From a virus (lineage: Duplodnaviria > Caudoviricetes): a stretch of DNA of 58,729 nt. The stretch is taken from positions 1 to 58,729 of the IMG/VR virus record IMGVR_UViG_3300035701_000035, one strand, 5' to 3'. Numbering within the stretch: the stretch's first letter is position 1; each line of letters opens with the position of its first letter. A program made the translations under genes and the position numbers. Under the pieces are notes generated by a model. The model had not been told where the DNA came from. It was given only the letters and a program-made list of their open reading frames with translations, and made no database searches. Positions 1-9,200 of this stretch are shown here, one piece after another.

Positions 1-2
1 TT

Positions 3-200
3 AGGATAAAAAACATATTTACCATCTTTATCTGTTGTAAAATAAATACCCTTGCCGCTATTAGGTTTATTAAAATTAGATAAAAATTTTGCACCAAAAT
101 GATAAACAATATCTTTTACTTTACTATTAGGAAATATACTATCTAAATATTGAGAATAAGCTTGTAACGCTTGTTGTTTTTGTTGTGGGGTTATTTGGTT
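3..200 (-). other. Start of an ADP-ribosyltransferase-like (ART-PolyVal type) domain, truncated by the window
   Basis: ITPQQKQQALQAYSQYLDSIFPNSKVKDIVYHFGAK...SGKGIYFTTDK. VYH and GIYFT resemble the first two strands of the ART fold. Confidence 0.55.
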
Positions 201-3200
201 ACTTAACGGAGGTATAATTAATTCATCATTATTTTCTAACCATTTTTTTATATCATTATCTGTTTTTAAACCAGTTAATTTGTTACCTTTTTTATCTGTA
301 ACACCATCTATTTTTAAAGATTGTTTTACTATAATAGGATTATGTATCATAGTCCTATGAATAGGTAAATTAGGATATAACTCTCTAACTCTATTTAAAA
401 GTAATTTAGAAATACCTTTACCTCTTAAATCTGATTTTACTTCTGTATATCTAATATACACACCAGTAGCATCAATTCTATCTATAAACATATAAGCATC
501 ATACTTATAGTTTCCTTTAGAATCTTTAAGGGGCATTGTGCCGTTTTCTTGGTACGCTACCGCAGTTTGTATTCCAGAACTACCATATAAATCATTTAAT
601 AAACCTCCATTAACTGTTCTAATTACATATCCTTTGTTTTTAGGAGCTATAAATTCTTTATTTAATTGTTTGTATTTGTCAAATTCATATAAATCATAAT
701 CAGATTGTATTTCACTTTTTGTTCTATTAATACCTTCTTGAGATTTCCATAAATCTAAAATACCTAAATCATCTTTTAGTATTTTATTATTTGCTTCAGT
801 TAACTGTTTAAAAATTTCAGATTCTGCAACTTTATTAAATCCTAATCTATTACCTACTTTACCAGTAACTTTATCAAATTTTGCAGGTTTAAATCCTTCA
901 TCTACATTTTCTTCATCACCTTCTATTTCTTCTGTTACAAAACTATTAAGTTCTTTATCATATTTAAACTGACCATTAAAAGTATTTCTAATAATATTAG
1001 TTAGAAAATCATCTCCCCAATCTTTTCTCTTTCCTGACTTAAAATCTTCAATTAATTGAGGAATAGCATTTTTTCTCTTTTTAAAATTATCATTATATTC
1101 TTTTTTAGCTTTATTGTAAGCTTCTTTATCTACTATTACATCAAAAGTACCATCAGAATATTGGGTAATAATTTTATTATTAGTTTTTACTTGAGTTATT
1201 TGAGTTTTGTTATTACCAAACCCTAAAGATTCATATACTTGATTAGCTAATTCAGGATTATAATCAAATAGTTCTTCAACTCCTGATTTAACACTAGTAG
1301 ATGGTTGAGTAGATACAATAGATCTTTTTACAGTTGGAGTAATTGTTGGACTAATCCTTTGTGGATTTGCATAGTCCATACCTGATAGATAATCTTTAAA
1401 TCTGGTCTTGTTAAAATTCTCAACTGAGTTCTGTCTAATAAACTGATCATAAAAATTATCTAATACAGTAAACCCATGTGTATCTAATGCATCAGTAAAT
1501 TTATCAACTTCATCTTCTACAATTGTTAAGAACTCTGAATTATCAACAATGTTTGTAAAGCTTAATTTAGTTTTATTCAAACCTGTCTGTAAGAATGCAA
1601 AAGTATTTAAGTACTTGAACATTTCACTAATTCTAGTATTCTCTTCTGGATCACTAACTTTAATTACTGTTGAATCAGCTAATCTTTTAAGATCATTACT
1701 GTAAAGATTTGATTTATCAGTATCAAAACTTTTCTCAGCTAATAAAATATTAAATGCAGTTTCACTTTTATCTGAATCAATTTTTAATCTACTTAATACT
1801 GGATAGTCTTTTGCTAATAAAGGATGGTTTTGTAATAACTTGGCCATTCTTACAGCAAATGAATTATCACTATCTTGGAATAAATGATAGAAATTATATG
1901 AATTATCTAGAGCTTTAACAGCTAATAGTTTTTCATAAGTATATCTTACAGATTTTTCATTAGATAAATCTGGAAACAACTCATATGTATTTTTTAATTC
2001 TTCTTGAAATTCTGCTGAATTAGAGTAAGTAGTTGTAAGTGGGTATACTGACCTCAAATATTCACGTTCTGAAACAAATTTTTGGTATTCATTAAAGTTT
2101 GTCTCCTCATTATTCATAAATGTAGCAGGATGTAATGGATACAATCCTCTTTCTTCATAACTATTCTCTACATCTGATCCTTGTATCCATGATTCATCAG
2201 CAAATTCTTTTTTAAGTTGCTTAATATCTATATACAAAGTACCATTTTTAACAAATGCACCTCTCTTAAGTTCTTTTGCTAATGAAGTAGGTATTTTAGT
2301 CTCCATATCTAAAGACATGAATCCTTCTTCCTCTTTATATTTTCTAACTGCATTTTGAAGTATGAAACTTACTATATCATTTCTAAAAACATTACTAAAC
2401 ATTTCAATGTTTTTACCAGGAAAAGTACTTTCAAGATCTCTTCTGATTTGATTTTTTCTAGCAATTAAATAATCACTAACAGCTTTATGATATCTTAATT
2501 TAAACAATGGTCTACTTACAGCTAGTGCTAAAGGACCGTTAAAGAAAGAACTAATTATTGAGTCATTTTTTAATGAATCTAAAACTTCTGTTGGTATTCT
2601 TGAATCATATTGTAATTCATCAATATTAGCTTCTGTTTGTTCTACATCAGAAAGTGTTGACTCAGTACTTGTATCTGGATTAAATGACATCTTAAGTGCA
2701 GTGTATCCTGAAATTTGTTGTTCAAGTTCAAGATAGTGTAAGAACATAGCTTTTGCAATATCACTGTCTTTATCATTACTAACAATAAGATCCATCATTT
2801 CTTTTTCAGTAAATTCTTTTTCTTTTTTGTCTTTAAAATGTTTATCTAACAACTCTTGTCCTTTATCATATCTATCATCATTTTTAGAATTTTGAGCTAA
2901 TTCATTTTTAGTAAAATGGTTCTTGATAACTTCAGATGCCGCTTTGTATTTTGCAAGTCCTGGACTTTTAGGTTTTTTATTTAGTACTTCTGCATATGTA
3001 GATTTTGCAAGACGTTGCTCATCTACATATTCTCTAACCAGTGGATTAGATACAAAGTAAATTGCTTCTTTAACAGGTACACCAGCTTTAATAAGATATA
3101 ACAATGTTGGAGCAACTTCATAATTACCCTGGATAAAGAAGATCCATGCATCTTTCTCAACATCTACCCAACCATTTATCATTTGAGAAATAACATCAGA

Positions 3201-6200
3201 TATTTTATAGACACCGTCTACATCATTTAAATCTGACATAGAGATAACTTCAGTACCATTTTTTGATTTCATCTTATTATGTCTCAATCTCATATTACTA
3301 GTTCTTGTTACTTTACTAGTCACATATTCTGCAGGCATATAAGCACCTACTGAATTCATAATAATATTGAATGTATTTTCAATAGCACCCAGACCTAAAG
3401 TTTTCTTACCTACAATGTTAGACTCATGTTTGTATACGTTATACAATGCTTCTAATACTCTTGTAGGACTGATCTCTCCTGTATCCTCAGTCATTTTATT
3501 CTTCTTAGGATTATATTCCATAACATGCTTTGATAACTCTTCTGCAATGTCTTTAAGAATAAATGTACCATTCGGCATGATTAAAGAAGAATAGTTATCA
3601 GGAAGCTCAAGTATGTTTTTGATATCATCTATAAGTTCATTTTCCAATGCAGCTTTTTGTAATTTAATAGCTTTAGCAAATTCATCTGTACCTCTAAGAT
3701 CTTTTATTTCTTGATTATTTTTATAACTTCTTTTGACTACATTACCATTTTCATCAAGTGTATTCATGAACATAGTCATCTTATCAATATCAAAATCCCC
3801 TCCAGACTTAGCTACAATTTCTGCTGGAGCAATAATAATATTACCTGCTTGTGGTGGTAAGAACTCAAACACTTCAGCAAATTCCATAGAGTTAAGACCC
3901 TGAACTGGAATCCTTACACCTACTAATGTAATTGCTTTTCTATTTGCATTATCATTTGCATCTAACCAAACATCATCTTTGATTTTCTCATTTAATCTAT
4001 CTAATGATGCATTCATATCAAGATTTTCCATAGAAAATGTAACATTTCCAATTCCTGTAAATTGCTTTGCTCCACCTTTTACATAGGCATCATATTGTTT
4101 TTGAGCATCTTCTTTAGACTTAACAACAATTATGTCTAATGCATCACGATCTGAAGACTTTAAAGTTTTATGTGAATAAAAGTCTCCTAATACTTTAATT
4201 CCTTGATAAGTACTTCCTTTAACTCGTTTTCCATTTTTATTATCTAATACAAGATCAGCTTTAATTTCTGGAGTAAGGTCAGATTCTAAAATAAAAAGTT
4301 TAGTGTCTCCTTTTGTACTTTTTAATTCAGAAAAAGCTATATCATATATAGGATCTGTATTATAAACTCCAACAGTCTCATTATTATTATATTCTAGATT
4401 GAAAAGATTGTAATAAGTTCCTTGCATAGCAATCATAACTTTGGTTGCTGCAGTAAAGCCATTAGATTTTTTATGATAAGTTGGTAATAAATAAGTTTTA
4501 GAAGCCCATTTTTTAATCTCATCTTTAGTTGCTTTTCTTAAATCAGGTTCAGTAAATTGACCAGAATACAAACCAACTGATACTTGTACCAGTGCTTCTC
4601 CTGAAACTTTCTGTTTGATTATTCTTTTGTTAATCATAGAAAGTAACAACTTCTCTATTTTAGCAGCTTCAGGATGGAAAGAAAGATCATGAACCAATTC
4701 TCCACTATTATCAAATACATCAATAAAATCAATAAGATCATCACTTAGAACATCTTCTCTCTCAAGATTAGTTCTAATCATGTTTACAAGTTTAGCTATA
4801 CTTGATTTATCTTTAGCTTTATATTCTCCTGGACTAGTTTCGTCATAACCCATTTCTTCAAGAAGGTCAATCTTTAAAAGATTAGTATACTCCTCTACAC
4901 GATCAACATATTTTTTTACTCTTTCATCTGTAATATCTTGATATTTTGCAGATTTTACTTTACCTTGTACATAAAGACCATCAAGAATTAACTTTCTTAA
5001 CTGTGTAGAGAAGATTGATTTACCTTTGTAACTTGCATTTACTTCTGTCTGATTTTTAAGATACTCAGCATAGATAGTATTTACAGTAAAGTTTGAGTCT
5101 TTATTAAAAGTTCCATCAGGATTCAATATAACATCACCAGTTCCAATATGACTTGTTTTAGATCCTGACTCAAATAAAACATAATCTACTTGATCTTTCA
5201 TCATTTTCTCATGCAAATCATACATTGGTGTACCCTCTTTTGCTACCCCAGGGATAACAGGAGCAAGTGAAAACTTATGGAAAGAGTTTACAGGAAGACC
5301 TTGTGAGTCTATGTTTCCAAAATACTGTAACTTATATGGAGGAAAAAATTCTACTACATCTTCTGCAGTAACATTTTCTCCCAGAGCAACTTTTCTATAT
5401 AGTAACTCTTGTGGATCACTCCAGTTACCTTCAAGCTTTTTAAGAATTCTATATGATTCAAAAGATATAATACCTTGACCATCAGCAATTTTCATCTGTG
5501 GTTTATCAGTTGAAAAGTATTCAGATGCTGCTTTATCAGCTAAGTCTTTTGCTTTTTTTCTATCTTTAGTTCTTGCATAAATTGTTTCCTCAATTTCATC
5601 TCTGTACTCTTTGTACATAACAGAATTGAATTGCATTTCTTTTACAATAGCAGTTTTTAAAGTACCATCATAATTTCTTACTTCATATCCTCTTTTTTCT
5701 GCATAGTAATTTTTTAAAGAACTAACATAAATTTGTGCTCTTTTATCTGACCTAAATCCTCTACCACCAGATGCAAGACCTGCATTACGTTTATGGAATT
5801 CTTCTTTAGCATGATTGTATTGTACTAAATCTCCATATGCAATGATTACAGTCTCCATTTTATGAATGAAAGAGTTATAAGTATATGCTTTCATTAATGC
5901 AGTTTCTATATCTTTTTCAGTAAGACTTTCATTAGTTAATTGTATTCTTTCAATAAGACCTTTATCTACGTATTTAGCTTTTTGTAGTCTATTAAAATTT
6001 GCAGTAGTATCAAGATCAAAATATGTTTCAATATCTTTTCTAATTTTATTTCTTAAAGTAGGATTTTTATCCAACTCTGTCATTAGATTAAAATCAGCAA
6101 GTTTATTAGCAGAAGCTTTGTCAATTATAGCATATAATTCTTTTTGTATAGGTTGAGTAAGCATGTCATCAAATGCAGTAAATGCTTGTCCAGCCATTAC

Positions 6201-9200
6201 TGCAGTTTTTTGACCATCTTTTCTTTTTACTTTTCTATTATATCCTGCATAGTTTTTAAACTTATCTATGTCCTGTTGGAATCTAAAAATTCTATTTGCT
6301 TCTCCAGTTAAGTAACCCTCAAGAATATCATATGATTTAATAACTCCATCTGCATAAGGTAAGAAAGACACCATGTCTACATAAAGTTTTGTATCTTTTT
6401 TACCATTGTATGTTTTTATATCTCCATCAATAGTAAGACCCATTGCTGTATTCTTAGAAGCATGTCTCATGAATTCTTCAACACCACTTAATAACATTGT
6501 ATGAAATTCTTGAAGATATTTACTAGTAGCATCCATTGATGCTGTAGAAGTACCTCCTTCATTTCTATTACTAACCATTTGAGTTCCAGCTACATTCTGT
6601 AATACAAGTTTTGTATCTGATATCTTTTGACCATATGTAGGAGACATCTGATTTAAATCAAATATAGAACCTAAAATTTTTGAAAATGGACTAAATGTAT
6701 TATTAGCTTCATTTAACCATCTCATATGTTTAAACTTACCATTAGGATCTGCAGCATCTGTAGTTAATTCTAGCCAGTTCTCTGCAAAGTTAATTGCAGT
6801 CACAAGTCTTGTAATAGTACTGTCTACCATGTGTTCCCAAACTCTGTTTCCTTCAGGAGTTTGAACACTAAAGTTAGAATAACCATCTGAGAATGCATTT
6901 TGAATACCTGCTAAAACTCTAAGTCTACCTCTCACATCCTCAAGTTCTAAGTCTTTATCTTTAAGTAACTCTGGATTTAATAAATATGTTAAAGGATCTC
7001 TTTTAAATTTAAATGTATCTGATGATGAACTTTTGTCTACTTTTTTAATTATCTCATACATTCTATCAATACCAAATGTAGTACTGAATGGTTCATTTCT
7101 ATTATTGATTATTTCTTTAATAGCAGAACTAGATTGATCTAAGACAACACCAATAGCTTGTAAAAATTCATTAGCTTTTCTATAATTAAATTTACCATTT
7201 ACTCCAAAATCTTTTACAATTTTAGCAGTATTAAGCATATTGTAACCTAACTTAGTATGTTTTTCAACATAAGGATTAATTGTAGTATCAGCCGTCATAA
7301 AATTAGACTTCCAATCTTGCATCACTTGATATACATCAAAATTTGCTTTTGCAACTCTAGCTTCAAATACTTTAACACCATCCTCAGATTTACTATCTTC
7401 TTTGTTTAAGTTAAGTTGTACAAATGGTATTCTTGGTTTTTTAAAATCTTGCCAAAAATTTGTCTCTACATCAAACTCCATTGGATTATATAGACCCAAA
7501 GAATTTTTAGCACTAAAGAATGGGTTTGGCAATAATGTCTGTAATTGTTGTAGCTCTGGATAGTTTTCAGAATTTTCATAAATTCTACTATACATATCTA
7601 TTTCATCAAATGAACCTTCTAAGATTTTAGCAAGTCTATTCCATGTAATATCAATGTCTTGTAGAACAGGAAGACCAAAAAGACCATCCCTGTTATTTAC
7701 AACGTCTCCATCTTCTCTTGTAACTTTAAAGATACTTGCTAATAACATCATAGTATCTTCACTTGCTAATTGTTTAGAAGAAATACTATTACCACCATCA
7801 TTTAATTTAAACAAATTACTTTTCTCAATATTAGTTGGATCTTCAATCTCAATATATTGATCTCTTAGTACACGGTACCGTGATTTCTCAACGTGATATG
7901 CAATGACATTATCTTTATCAGTACCATCTAGTGTTCCAGTAAGATTACCAAAGTTGTTTGTGATTTTATCTAGTAACTCATATTCTTCATTAAACTTAGG
8001 ATCAAGAATTAAATCAAAATCTTTCTCTACTGCATCAACATAAGCAAGCCTCATTCTTTCAAATCTATCATAGATATCTCTATATAGATCTTTTTTATTC
8101 TCTGGATCTTTAAGTAATTTTAATGCTGCAGCTGTTGTATTAAAGTCTCTATTGTAATTTTGGAATATAAGAGCCATCATACTATCCATTGCATCAGATA
8201 TTTTCTTAGACTCTTCTAATGTAAAATTATCATTGATAGTTTTACTTCTGTTTAGTTTCCCAAGTATTACATTATTCATAGAAGGTTTAAGATGTGATAA
8301 AATCTCTGGAGTTGCTGAAGCTCTGTATAATTTATCAAACATTTCTTTAACAGTAGCAATATCTTGCAAGCTTGTAGCAACCTGTTTCTTAGTTGTTTTA
8401 CCAAACATCTTTTGGATGAACTGGTATATTGTATCAAAGATTTTACTTAAAAATCCTTTAGTTGCTTTTTTACCTTTAGATTTAGCATAATCTCTAAACT
8501 CTTCAGCTAAGTCTTCTTCTATATCAAAGTATGCATCTTCTGGTTTAGCATATTTTCTATTTGCATATTTTGGAAGTTTTAATAATTGTTCATACATGTT
8601 TATCTTAGTGTCCTTAGTTAAGAACAATTGAGAAAATCCATGCCATGCTTCATGATAAAGATCTACTGAAGTACCACCATCAGCTTCATACAGAGTAATA
8701 CCATAACCAGACCAAGTTGCAAATGCATCTGAGTTTACTATTTCAGTAATTCTCTCAAGAGAGATAAATTTACTTAAAGGTGAATTTTTCCACCATGTCT
8801 CAGCTTTATCTCTATCAGCTTTAGATGTAAATACTTTATCTAAAAACTTATCACGAAGTTTAGATCTTTGTAATCCTTCCTTTTTATTTTTATATAGAGC
8901 ACTGTTAGATGAACCATTAATAATATCATCTAATAAGTTTACTCTAGTAGAAGGATTGTTTTGTACTCTAATTTCTTTAGCTTTTTCTTCTGTTATAGGA
9001 GCAGTTTTTTCTTTAACTACAGGTTTAACTCTAGCTGTAGGTTGCTCATTAAGTTCTGCTGCAGCAATAGTTCTAAAACCAAGTATTTGTTCTTCAGTTA
9101 AACCAACTAATTCTGCTAGTTTTTCTACTTTTAATCCTTGTTTATATTCTTCACTGTTTCCACCTGCTTCATCTATCTGTGCTTTCATAGAAAGAGTATA

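Noticed and set aside
1-3. tta at positions 1-3 as the RNAP stop codon
   Set aside because: It is in a different frame; RNAP codons occupy 3-5, 6-8 and so on, so the gene continues beyond the window.
4020-4380. Possible intein or insertion just before the RNAP catalytic region
   Set aside because: No Cys/Ser start with His-Asn end and no LAGLIDADG motif seen; an insertion cannot be established without an alignment.
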